From: Acidimicrobiia bacterium
Lineage (GTDB): Bacteria; Actinomycetota; Acidimicrobiia; Spongiisociales; ZC4RG35
Assembly (NCBI GenBank): GCA_965203555.1
Contig: CBDBCY010000004.1
Location: forward strand, 704,001 to 768,000
Reading direction: 5' to 3'
DNA length: 64,000 bases
The notes beneath the pieces were generated by a model that worked only from the letters and a program-made list of their open reading frames with translations, did no database searches and was not told the DNA's origin. Each line of letters opens with the position of its first letter. Positions within the stretch are counted from its first letter, which is position 1. A program made the translations under genes and the position numbers. Shown one piece after another: positions 1 to 8,622 of this stretch.

Positions 1-413
1 TCACCCTCGGCATGAGCGGCCACCACTCCCGGACCCGGCCAGGAGGCCACCTGCCGGTCCATCTGCGATGCCGAGATGGTCAGCCCCCCGGTGGTGTGCC
101 CGCAATAGAGTTTGATACCGCACACCCTCGAAGACAGATAGCGCAACTCGGATCGGGCTATCACCCCGGACGGATGGGCGCCCAGCCACGCCCCGTAGTC
201 ACAGCGGGCGCTTCGGGCCAACTCGGAAAGTTTCCTTTCCAGCCCCGGGCGGTCGGTGGTGGGCGGAGGAGTGTTGGGCATGTCCAACACGGCGGTGTAT
301 CCCCCCGCCAGGGCGGCGGACGTCTCGGTATCGAAATCACCTTTGTGTGCCCACTCCATGCCCCGCAGATGGACGTGGGGATCAAGCGCCCCGACGATGC
401 GCACCATGGTCAC
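1..413 (-). CDS. pyrC: dihydroorotase, N-terminal part (runs off the window edge)
   Basis: Not in the ORF track; translated by hand from GTG at 413 (GAGGA 6 nt upstream): ...ALDPHVHLRG...AALAGGYTAVLDMPNT...GIKLYCG...AAHAEG. HxH, GGxTxxxxMPNT, carboxylated Lys and HAE motifs of dihydroorotases. Confidence 0.85.
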   Translation of the reverse strand, partial: MTMVRIVGALDPHVHLRGMEWAHKGDFDTETSAALAGGYTAVLDMPNTPPPTTDRPGLERKLSELARSARCDYGAWLGAHPSGVIARSELRYLSSRVCGIKLYCGHTTGGLTISASQMDRQVASWPGPGVVAAHAEG

Positions 414-465
414 GGCAGATCCTCCCCCGCCCGGGCGGTGGCCAAAGCCGGCAGCCCTGCGACTT

Positions 466-1149
466 TCATTCGATCACCCGGGTGGCGCCCACCAGCCTCA
501 GCACCTCGGCCGCCGCCTCATCGGGCCCCAGGGAAGTGGTGTCGATCACGACCGCATCCGGCATCCGCCGAAGGGGTGAAACGGCGCGTCCGGTGTCGTT
601 TTCGTCGCGGCGGGCCAGACTCGCCCCCACCTCCTCCACCCCGGCCACCCCGGTCATCTCCGCGGCCCGCCGACGCGTCCGCTCCCCCGAAGCCGCGGTG
701 AGGTAGACCTTGACCGGCGCCTCGGGAAAAACCACCGAACCGATGTCCCGGCCCTCCACCACCGCCGACCCTCCCCGGTTCTCCACCCACCGTCGCTGCG
801 CCTCCACCAGGAGCCGGCGCACTCCGGGAAGCCCCGCAACCCTGCTGGCCGCCTCCGACACCCGTTGCGTTCTGATCTCCCGCTCAACATCCTCTTCGTC
901 AAGCCAGGTGCGGCCGCCACGGTAGGCGATGGTGGCCCGGCAGATCACTGCCGTCGTCGCCGCTTCGCGGTCACAGTCCGCCCCTGCCCGAAGAGCCGCC
1001 AGGGCTGCCGCTCGATAGAACGCGCCCGTATCGAGGTACGGCAGACCCAATTCCGCAGCCACCCGCCGAGCCAGAGTGCTCTTACCGCTGGCAGCAGGCC
1101 CGTCGATGGCGATGACCCCCTCCCACTGTTTCGGCTGCCTGATGCTCAC
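466..1149 (-). CDS. cmk: cytidylate kinase
   Basis: IAIDGPAASGKST, YLDTGAFYRA, EGRDIGSVVFP motifs; GTG start overlaps the aroA stop (GTGA). Confidence 0.95.
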   Translation of the reverse strand: MSIRQPKQWEGVIAIDGPAASGKSTLARRVAAELGLPYLDTGAFYRAAALAALRAGADCDREAATTAVICRATIAYRGGRTWLDEEDVEREIRTQRVSEAASRVAGLPGVRRLLVEAQRRWVENRGGSAVVEGRDIGSVVFPEAPVKVYLTAASGERTRRRAAEMTGVAGVEEVGASLARRDENDTGRAVSPLRRMPDAVVIDTTSLGPDEAAAEVLRLVGATRVIE

Positions 1150-2429
1150 AGCGCCCTCAACATTTGGAAATATCCCGGCCAGGTCTTGGTAACGCATCCC
1201 GGATCGAGGATTTCCACCCCGGCCTGACGAAGACCCACCAAGGCGAAGGACATGGCCATGCGGTGGTCGTCATAAGTATGAAACCTGGAGGGCCGGAGCC
1301 GACCGGGTTTGATGATCAGGTCTTCTCCCTCCACCAAGGCTTGGGCGCCGGCCCGGGACAGTTCGGTGGAAAGGGCCCCCAGTCGGTCGGTCTCCTTGAG
1401 GCGCAGGGTGCCCAAACCTCTCAACCGGCTCGGCCCTGAAGCAAACAGGCACACCACCGAAAGGCCCAGGGCTCCGTCGGGCATGCGGCTGCAATCCCGA
1501 TCCACTCCTCGCAGGACACCGTCGGAGGGCCCCTCCACCACCAAACGGCTGCCCCTCCAGCCCACCCGGCATCCCATCTCTTCCAGAACTTCCACCACGG
1601 CCACGTCGGCCTGGGTGGATCCCTGTACAAGGCCCTCGACGCCCACCACTCCGCCGGTGATGGCCGCCGCCGCCATCGGGTAGACCGCCGCCGAGGCATC
1701 GGCCTCGATCTCGAAAGACGTCGACCGGTATCCGCCGGGTCTTATGCGGTAAACCGGGCCAACTTCGCGCTGCGCCTCCGCCCCGAAACTCTCCATAACC
1801 TCCAAGGTGGTCTGTACATAGGGACCCGAAACCATCTCTCCCCGGGTGCGGATCGTAAGTTCATCCTCCGCCAGGGGCGCCACCATGAGGAGGGCCGACA
1901 GAAACTGTGAGGAGCGGGAGACGTCCACCTCGATCTCCCCACCCCCAAGCGCTCCTCCCCTCACGGTCAACGGGAAGTATCCTCCCGATGTCTCGATCTC
2001 GACGCCGGCCTCATTCAGGGCCGATGCCAGATCGCCGACGGGGCGCTCCCGCATTCGCTCGGTTCCGTCGATGCGTACCGGACCGGGGGCCAGGGCAGCC
2101 ACGGCGGTGATAAAACGAGCGGTAGTCCCCGAAGCTCCCACATACAGAATTCCATCGGGGGCCGACAGAGAGCCTCCGGTCCCCAACACCAACCACGGAT
2201 CATCGACATCGTCGATCAACACCCCCAATCGCCGAAGCCCGGAGCGCATCACCTCGGTGTCGTCCGCCTCCAGCGGCCCATCCAGACGGCTGGCGCCTCC
2301 TTGTGCCAGGGAAGCAACCACCAGCGCCCGGTTGGTGATGCTCTTGGAGCCCGGCGGGCGTACCACACCCTCCACCGGACGTCTGAGCACCGGGATCTGT
2401 ATCACCGGAGGAAAGTCCATGTTCATCAT
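1146..2429 (-). CDS. aroA: 3-phosphoshikimate 1-carboxyvinyltransferase (EPSP synthase)
   Basis: PGSKSITNRAL, SSQFLS, LRLKETDRL, DHRMAM motifs. Confidence 0.97.
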   Translation of the reverse strand: MMNMDFPPVIQIPVLRRPVEGVVRPPGSKSITNRALVVASLAQGGASRLDGPLEADDTEVMRSGLRRLGVLIDDVDDPWLVLGTGGSLSAPDGILYVGASGTTARFITAVAALAPGPVRIDGTERMRERPVGDLASALNEAGVEIETSGGYFPLTVRGGALGGGEIEVDVSRSSQFLSALLMVAPLAEDELTIRTRGEMVSGPYVQTTLEVMESFGAEAQREVGPVYRIRPGGYRSTSFEIEADASAAVYPMAAAAITGGVVGVEGLVQGSTQADVAVVEVLEEMGCRVGWRGSRLVVEGPSDGVLRGVDRDCSRMPDGALGLSVVCLFASGPSRLRGLGTLRLKETDRLGALSTELSRAGAQALVEGEDLIIKPGRLRPSRFHTYDDHRMAMSFALVGLRQAGVEILDPGCVTKTWPGYFQMLRAL

Positions 2430-2436
2430 GCCGAGA

Positions 2437-3189
2437 CTATTGCCCAACCGCGGCCCGGTAAATCGTCGCCACTTCCCGGCCCGTCAGTTTGCGCCATTTC
2501 CCGGGGCGAAGCCGCACGTCTCTGAGCGGGCCGATCGATACCCTCACCAGTCTGCGGACCGGATAACCGAGCGACTCCATCATCCGTCGTATTTCACGGT
2601 TGCGCCCCTCGCCCATCACCAATTCAAGTTGCGCCTCTCGGGCGGTCCGGTCGATCATCCGCGCCTGCAGTGCCCGGGCCGGCCCGTCCTCCAGTTCCAC
2701 TCCTCCGACCAGCCGGCGCACCGTCCCCGGTCGGGGCACCCCTGACACCAGCACCCGGTAGGTCTTGGAGATCCCGTAGCGGGGATGGGTGACCAGGTTG
2801 GTCAGATCACCGTCGTTGCTCACCAGGATCAGACCTTCGCTTCGCCGGTCAAGCCGTCCCACCGGCCATACCCGCGGGTGGTCGGGCACCAGATCGACGA
2901 CCGTCCGGGGCGCATGGGGGTCGGAGGTGGTGGATACCACCCCGTATGGTTTATTGACAAGGTACGTGACCAGATGGGCGGCTATGGGAAGCCGAGCCCC
3001 GTCCACCTCCACCACCGATGCAGCCGGATCGACCCGATCACCCAACCGGGCGGCGCGCCCGTCGATGGTCACTCTTCCCCGTGCGATGAGATCCTCCGCT
3101 GCCCTGCGGGACATCAATCCGGCGGCGGAGATGGCCTTTTGCAGACGAATGCGGCTGTCAGGTGACGAACGCGGCGGCTGCGAGATCAT
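2437..3189 (-). CDS. rluB: rRNA pseudouridine synthase (RluB/RsuA family)
   Basis: S4 domain RLQKAIS...SRRAAE, catalytic GRLD, EGRNREIRRM; usual position after scpB. Confidence 0.9.
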   Translation of the reverse strand: MISQPPRSSPDSRIRLQKAISAAGLMSRRAAEDLIARGRVTIDGRAARLGDRVDPAASVVEVDGARLPIAAHLVTYLVNKPYGVVSTTSDPHAPRTVVDLVPDHPRVWPVGRLDRRSEGLILVSNDGDLTNLVTHPRYGISKTYRVLVSGVPRPGTVRRLVGGVELEDGPARALQARMIDRTAREAQLELVMGEGRNREIRRMMESLGYPVRRLVRVSIGPLRDVRLRPGKWRKLTGREVATIYRAAVGQ

Positions 3190-3718
3190 CCATTACCTCC
3201 GGCGCGGGGACCAGGTCCGAAAGAGGGGGCAGGTCCTCAAGGCTGTCCAATCCCAGCTTTTCCAACAACAGTTCGGTGGTGCCGTACAGTGCGGGATAAC
3301 CGGGTACCTGCAACCGCCCCACCACTTCGATCAGGCCGGTCTTTTCCAGGGTGCGCACCGGCGAGGAGGAGTCCACCCCCCGGATGTCGCTGATCTGGTT
3401 CTTGGAGACCGGCTGGCGATAGGTGATCACCGCCAACACCTCCTGGGCCGGGAGCGACAGTCTTCTAATCGGCCCCCGGCTGACGAAACTCTCCACGTAG
3501 GCCGACAATTCGGGACGGGTATAAAGCCGCCACCCTCCCGCCACCCTTTCCAGGCGCAGACCCCGGTGGGGCGATTGGAGGCGACGGCCGAGCGCCTCCA
3601 ATTCCGACCGGACCTCACTCGAATCGATCCCCAGGACTTCCGAGAGGCGTTTGGAGGTCACCGGCGCTTCCGCCACGAACAGGATGGCTTCCAAGGCCGC
3701 GGCCGAGTCCAAGCTCAT
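3158..3718 (-). CDS. scpB: SMC-Scp complex subunit ScpB
   Basis: LEAILF, VAGGWRLYT, EVLAVITYRQPV, IRGVDS, LYGTT, LPPL motifs. Confidence 0.95.
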   Translation of the reverse strand: MSLDSAAALEAILFVAEAPVTSKRLSEVLGIDSSEVRSELEALGRRLQSPHRGLRLERVAGGWRLYTRPELSAYVESFVSRGPIRRLSLPAQEVLAVITYRQPVSKNQISDIRGVDSSSPVRTLEKTGLIEVVGRLQVPGYPALYGTTELLLEKLGLDSLEDLPPLSDLVPAPEVMDDLAAAAFVT

Positions 3719-4470
3719 CCGTCCGCCGTCGCCATCATCGGAGCGGGAACCGCCCGCGCCTCGATGCGAATGTCCTCTCGTGGCGCGTTTTGCGATATTC
3801 TCACCCTTCCCTGGCGAGCCAATTCCAAGAGGCCCATGAACCAGACGGCCTCTTCAATCCGATCGACACAGCGATCGGACAGTTTCTCAAAAGACCACTC
3901 TCCCACGGGTCCCACAAGACTCCAAAGCCGGTCTGTCGCCTCTTCCACGGTGGGCAGATCCAAAGCCAGATGATCCAGGTCGGGCGTGGCGCGCACTCCC
4001 GTCATCAAGTCCCTGGCCAGGTCAGCCAGGTCCTCCGAGTCGAGACTGAAAGCAAGTTCCGGAGTCGACGCCACTGTCGACCAGTCCGGTCCCGCCTCCC
4101 GGGGACGCAATCCGGACCTTTGCTCCAGGCGGTCGGCCAATTCCTGCACTACTTCCCGGAAGGTCAGGTTGGCCAGGCGATACCACAGGTCCCGGTCGGG
4201 ATTCTCCATCGACGCCTCTTCCGGCAGATCCCGCTGTGCCCCCAATATTCTTCGCGCCTTCAACCGACACAGCAGCGCCAGCACCCAGACGAACTCACTC
4301 AGATGCTCCAGATCCACCGGGGGTCCTTGAAAGAGTTCGGAGAGAAAGCTCTCCACCAGACCCGAGAGGCTTAAGATCGACGGGTCGATTCGATCCGCCA
4401 CCACCAAGTCATAGAAGAGGTCGATAGGCCCCTCATAGGCCTCGGTGGAGATATGACAACTGCGGGTCAC
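3715..4470 (-). CDS. scpA: segregation/condensation protein A (kleisin)
   Basis: YEGPIDL N-terminal motif, F(M)GLLELARQG.V.ISQ C-terminal motif; adjacent to scpB; TAGCAT -10 box 8 nt before GTG 4470. Confidence 0.9.
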   Translation of the reverse strand: MTRSCHISTEAYEGPIDLFYDLVVADRIDPSILSLSGLVESFLSELFQGPPVDLEHLSEFVWVLALLCRLKARRILGAQRDLPEEASMENPDRDLWYRLANLTFREVVQELADRLEQRSGLRPREAGPDWSTVASTPELAFSLDSEDLADLARDLMTGVRATPDLDHLALDLPTVEEATDRLWSLVGPVGEWSFEKLSDRCVDRIEEAVWFMGLLELARQGRVRISQNAPREDIRIEARAVPAPMMATADG

Positions 4471-4497
4471 CAACCGGGATGCTATCGAAAAACCGCC

Positions 4498-4983
4498 CTA
4501 TCTGTGAGCCTTATCGGATTCGCACAGCGCCTTCCACACCTTGGGCTCGATCTGGGGAGGACGAGACCCATGATGGGCGCGGGCGAACTCCACCACCAAG
4601 GACTCCGCCCCCCACTCCTGAAGTTCTCGGGAACCGATCGGCCCATGGTTGCGATATGTCCGGATTCGCCCCCAAAGCGGCAGCCGTAGCCGGATTGCCA
4701 CTGAGGCCAACGCCCGGCCCATCAACCCCAGACGAGCATGCCGCTTCCCGATGTCGTGCAGGAGAGCAGCCCGCACCGCGCTGGGATTGGGGTCCAAAGC
4801 GGCATGCACCACCCGGGCCGCCGAGTAGCCATGTCGCTGATCGGCCACCGGCTGTTCACAGAAGGCCGTCCACTCCGGGCGGGTCAAGAAACCACCCACC
4901 CACCGCCGCTCCGATCTGGTGAGCGGCGTGGACCGCATTCCCTCCCGGTATCGCTTGGCCAGATGGATCCAGGTTCCCGGCAA
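4498..4983 (-). CDS. HD-domain protein
   Basis: DQRH...AALLHDIGK...H...HH pattern. Confidence 0.7.
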   Translation of the reverse strand: MPGTWIHLAKRYREGMRSTPLTRSERRWVGGFLTRPEWTAFCEQPVADQRHGYSAARVVHAALDPNPSAVRAALLHDIGKRHARLGLMGRALASVAIRLRLPLWGRIRTYRNHGPIGSRELQEWGAESLVVEFARAHHGSRPPQIEPKVWKALCESDKAHR

Positions 4984-4989
4984 CGCCTC

Positions 4990-5340
4990 TCAGCCCCGGG
5001 ACAACTTGCAGGTAACGCAATAAACCGATTCGGGGCGGAACTTCAACCGGGCGGCGCCGATCTGCTGTTCGCACCGAATGCAGGAACCGTACTGACCGAT
5101 TTCAACTCTCGACAGTGCCCGGTCAACCGAGTCCAGCCTTTTCTTGATCGCCCTGATCAGGCCGAGACGCTCGGTGCGCTCGGCCATTATGGCCGGGGCG
5201 TCCGAGAACCCGTCTCCCTGGTTGAGACCGGCCCGCAATTCTCCGGTCTCGTTGGCGCCCAACTCATTGAGTTGGTGCACCAGCCCCTCCCGGGCGGTGG
5301 TCAATACCTCCTGGGTTCGGGTAAGGTCTATCTCTGTCAT
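4990..5340 (-). CDS. TraR/DksA C4-type zinc-finger protein
   Basis: Coiled coil followed by GQYGSCIRC...ARL..RP....CVTC; ATG overlaps the xerD stop. Confidence 0.85.
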   Translation of the reverse strand: MTEIDLTRTQEVLTTAREGLVHQLNELGANETGELRAGLNQGDGFSDAPAIMAERTERLGLIRAIKKRLDSVDRALSRVEIGQYGSCIRCEQQIGAARLKFRPESVYCVTCKLSRG

Positions 5341-6215
5341 CGGCTCCTAGGGTGAGATAGTAGGTACACTTCTTGCAAATAACCTGGGGAAATGCGGGTA
5401 TAAACCTCGGTGGTCGATAGGCTGGCGTGGCCGAGCATCTCCTGGACGGCCCTCAAATCCGCTCCTCCCTCCACCATGTGGGTGGCGGCTGAGTGCCTCA
5501 AAACGTGAGGCGAGACCCTATCGGACCGTACCCCGGCCCGCTGGGCCGCCTTCTTTACGATGCCCCAGGCGCCGATCCTGCTCAGACGTGTTCCCCGCAA
5601 GTTCAGGAAGACCGCGTCGCTGCGTCCCTTGGCCAGTTCCAACCGATCCCCGAGCCAGGCGCTCATCGCCTGGCGAGCGGCCTCACCCAGCAGCGTTATG
5701 CGCTGACGGGATCCCTTTCCAGTCACCAGGGCCACACCCTCCTCCACGTCGAGGTGACCCAGATCCAGGCCCACCGCCTCGCTCACTCGGCACGCAGTGC
5801 TGTACAGGAACTCGAGAAGCGCGGCATCCCGACGCCCTCCCACATTCACGACCGAAGGGGTCTCCAACAGGGCAAGCACCTCATGGGTCGTCAAAGCCTT
5901 CGGAAGACGCTGAGGTTGCTTGGGCGCCCCTAGCCCGATAGTCGGGTCATCCACTCCCTCCTCTTCATGCAGGAACCGGTGAAAACCCTTCACGGCGGCG
6001 AGTTTCCGGGCAACCGATCCGGGAGAGAGGCCTAATTCGGCCAGCCACTCCAGGTATCGGCGCACCCGCGCCGAACCCAGTTGCTCATCGCCCACGAAAC
6101 CCAGGTACTGGCGCAGGTCTCGCCGGTATGCCGCGATGGTGTTGGCGGCCAGTCCTCTTTCATAGGCGAGAGAAGCCAAGTAATTCTCCAGCACGGTTGA
6201 GGACTCGGGATCCAT
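5337..6215 (-). CDS. xerD: site-specific tyrosine recombinase XerD
   Basis: ERGLAANTIAAYRRDL, RVSEA, GKGSRQR, HVLRHSAATH, LGHAS..TT.VY; conserved nudF-xerD-scpAB synteny. Confidence 0.92.
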   Translation of the reverse strand: MDPESSTVLENYLASLAYERGLAANTIAAYRRDLRQYLGFVGDEQLGSARVRRYLEWLAELGLSPGSVARKLAAVKGFHRFLHEEEGVDDPTIGLGAPKQPQRLPKALTTHEVLALLETPSVVNVGGRRDAALLEFLYSTACRVSEAVGLDLGHLDVEEGVALVTGKGSRQRITLLGEAARQAMSAWLGDRLELAKGRSDAVFLNLRGTRLSRIGAWGIVKKAAQRAGVRSDRVSPHVLRHSAATHMVEGGADLRAVQEMLGHASLSTTEVYTRISPGYLQEVYLLSHPRSR

Positions 6216-6385
6216 CCTGTCAGATTATGGAGGTATGCGGGCACCGGGCCGGTGATTTAATCCACCCCGGATCCCTCGGCCACAATCCAATAGTCAAGGC
6301 GGATGGATAACGCTGCTCCGGTTCCCCGAGCAGCCGCCCGTGGGGAATATTCGGAGCAGGTGGCAATCCTGCTCCTGCCGACCGC

Positions 6386-6928
6386 TCAGACCCTCGAATT
6401 CCAACGGGAGGTCCAACGCAGCAACGCCACCACCGTCTTGGCGTCGCGGATCTCTCCCGATTCGATCATCTCCAACGCCTTCCCCAGTCCGATCCGCAAT
6501 ACCTGGGCAACCCTCTCCTCGGCCCCGTCGGGGTTTCGGTCACCCTGGGTCAACTGTTCCGCCGCAAACAGCCGGATCGCTTCATCGGTGTATCCGGGAG
6601 AGGGCAGGATCTCACCAAGGTCCACCAGACGCCCGGCATGAAGGCCGGTCTCCTCCCACAGTTCTCGCCGCGCCGAATCGATGTGCGATGCTTCTCCCTC
6701 CTCCAGCTTCCCCGCCGGGATTTCGAGGACATCTTCCTCAACCGCCGCCCGGTACTGGCGGATCAACGTGACTTCCTCTCCCCACACGGGCAGTATCCCC
6801 ACTCCTCCCCGGTGCCGGATCACATCACGGACGACCGCTGTTCCATCTCCTGCGAGTAGATGAAGACGCTGGTAGTCGAGGACTTTCCCCCGACCCACCG
6901 TGCGAACTCCGAGAAGTCGAAAGCTCAC
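6386..6928 (-). CDS. NUDIX hydrolase (ADP-ribose pyrophosphatase family)
   Basis: RQYR, EIPAGKLE, ARRELWEETG Nudix box, SPGYTDE, IRDAKT; GTG overlaps the pyrG stop. Confidence 0.9.
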   Translation of the reverse strand: MSFRLLGVRTVGRGKVLDYQRLHLLAGDGTAVVRDVIRHRGGVGILPVWGEEVTLIRQYRAAVEEDVLEIPAGKLEEGEASHIDSARRELWEETGLHAGRLVDLGEILPSPGYTDEAIRLFAAEQLTQGDRNPDGAEERVAQVLRIGLGKALEMIESGEIRDAKTVVALLRWTSRWNSRV

Positions 6929-8577
6929 CGCTGACCGAGGGTGGATCCCTCCGCGGCTACATACTCCGATTCCTTCTGCAGACGATGAGCCACCGCCTTT
7001 TCCATGAACCCGGCAAAGAGCGGATGGGGATGATCGGGACGGGAAAGGAACTCCGGATGAGCCTGTGTGCCAACGAAGAACGGGTGCGTGGGAAGTTCGA
7101 TGAACTCCACCAGCACGCCGTCGGGAGACATACCGGACATCACCATCCCCCCGTCCACCAGTGCCTTTCGGTACCGGGGATTCACCTCCCACCGATGCCG
7201 ATGACGCTCATATACCAGGTCCGACTGGTAGAGTTCCCGCACCTGCGTCCCGCTGGCGAGACTGGCCGGATACAGACCCAATCGCATGGTCCCACCTTTG
7301 TCCTCCACCCCTTCCTGGCTGGGCATGAGATCTATCACCGGATGGGGGGTGTCGGCGTTGAACTCGGTGCTGTTGGCGTGGGTCAGCTTCAGCCTGTTGC
7401 GGGCAAATTCGATGACAGCGCACTGCAGCCCCAGGCACAGCCCCAAAAAGGGCATACCGGACCGGCGTGCGTAGGCAATGGCCGAAATCTTCCCTTCGAT
7501 GCCCCGACTTCCGAAACCTCCCGGAACCACGATCCCGTCCAATTCGGCCAACACTCCGGGCACCAGCATCCCGGTGAGGTCCTCCGACAGAATCCACTCG
7601 ATGTCCAGCTTCCGGCCAGCACCGGCCGCCGCATGGCGGAGCGCCTCGACCACGGAGGCGTAGGCATCGGGAAGATCCACGTACTTTCCAACCATTCCCA
7701 CCCTCACCGGATCGGTGACGGAGTCCATCCTGGCCAACATCCTCTGCCATCGTTCGAGAGATGGCGGCAGCGTGTGAAGCGAGAGCCGCTCGCAGATGAC
7801 CTCGTCCAAACCTTGTTCCTTCATCAGCAATGGCATCCGATAAATGTTGTCGGTATCCGCCGCGCTGATCACCGCTTTGGGTTTCACATCGCAGAACAAG
7901 CTGATTTTGTTGCGAATCCCTTCGTCGATCTCCTGCTCGGAGCGGACCACGATCACATCCGGAGCGATGCCCTTGGAACGCAACTCTGCCACCGAGTGCT
8001 GAGTGGGCTTGGTCTTCATCTCTTCGGAAGTTTTGAGAAAGGGCGCCAGCGTGACATGGATGTAGGCGATGTTGTCGGGACCCATTTCCTTCCCAAACTG
8101 GCGGATGGCCTCCAGGAACGGAAGGCTCTCTATGTCACCGACCGTCCCACCCACCTCGGTAATCACCACATCGGCGTTGGACTCCTCGCCCAGCCGCTGT
8201 ATCCGGGACTTTATCTCGTTGGTGATGTGCGGAATCACCTGCACGGTGTCACCCAGATAGGCGCCGCGCCTTTCCTTTCTGATTACGGCCAGGTAGACCG
8301 ACCCGGAGGTGACGTTGGAGAGTTGGCGCAGATGCTCCCCGGTGAACCGTTCATAGTGACCGAGGTCGAGATCGGTCTCTCCCCCGTCGTCGGTGACGAA
8401 CACTTCCCCGTGCTGGAACGGGTTCATGGTGCCCGGATCGACGTTTATATAGGGGTCGAGCTTTTGGATCACCACCTGTAGGCCTCGGCTCTTGAGCAAC
8501 CTACCCAGAGAAGCCGCTGTAATGCCCTTTCCGAGACTCGAAACCACCCCTCCGGTGATAAACACGTACCGTGTCAT
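6925..8577 (-). CDS. pyrG: CTP synthase
   Basis: TGGVVSSLGKG, DPYINVDPGTM, KTKPTQHSV, GLCLGLQ, ERHRHR, QAHPEF. Confidence 0.99.
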   Translation of the reverse strand: MTRYVFITGGVVSSLGKGITAASLGRLLKSRGLQVVIQKLDPYINVDPGTMNPFQHGEVFVTDDGGETDLDLGHYERFTGEHLRQLSNVTSGSVYLAVIRKERRGAYLGDTVQVIPHITNEIKSRIQRLGEESNADVVITEVGGTVGDIESLPFLEAIRQFGKEMGPDNIAYIHVTLAPFLKTSEEMKTKPTQHSVAELRSKGIAPDVIVVRSEQEIDEGIRNKISLFCDVKPKAVISAADTDNIYRMPLLMKEQGLDEVICERLSLHTLPPSLERWQRMLARMDSVTDPVRVGMVGKYVDLPDAYASVVEALRHAAAGAGRKLDIEWILSEDLTGMLVPGVLAELDGIVVPGGFGSRGIEGKISAIAYARRSGMPFLGLCLGLQCAVIEFARNRLKLTHANSTEFNADTPHPVIDLMPSQEGVEDKGGTMRLGLYPASLASGTQVRELYQSDLVYERHRHRWEVNPRYRKALVDGGMVMSGMSPDGVLVEFIELPTHPFFVGTQAHPEFLSRPDHPHPLFAGFMEKAVAHRLQKESEYVAAEGSTLGQR

Positions 8578-8622
8578 GGTCGAGGCTCGGCTTTCTTGGC
8601 CACGAAGGCCAAATTACCACGA

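Noticed and set aside
5337-6215. Prophage or ICE integrase
   Set aside because: Sequence and nudF-xerD-scpAB synteny identify chromosomal XerD.
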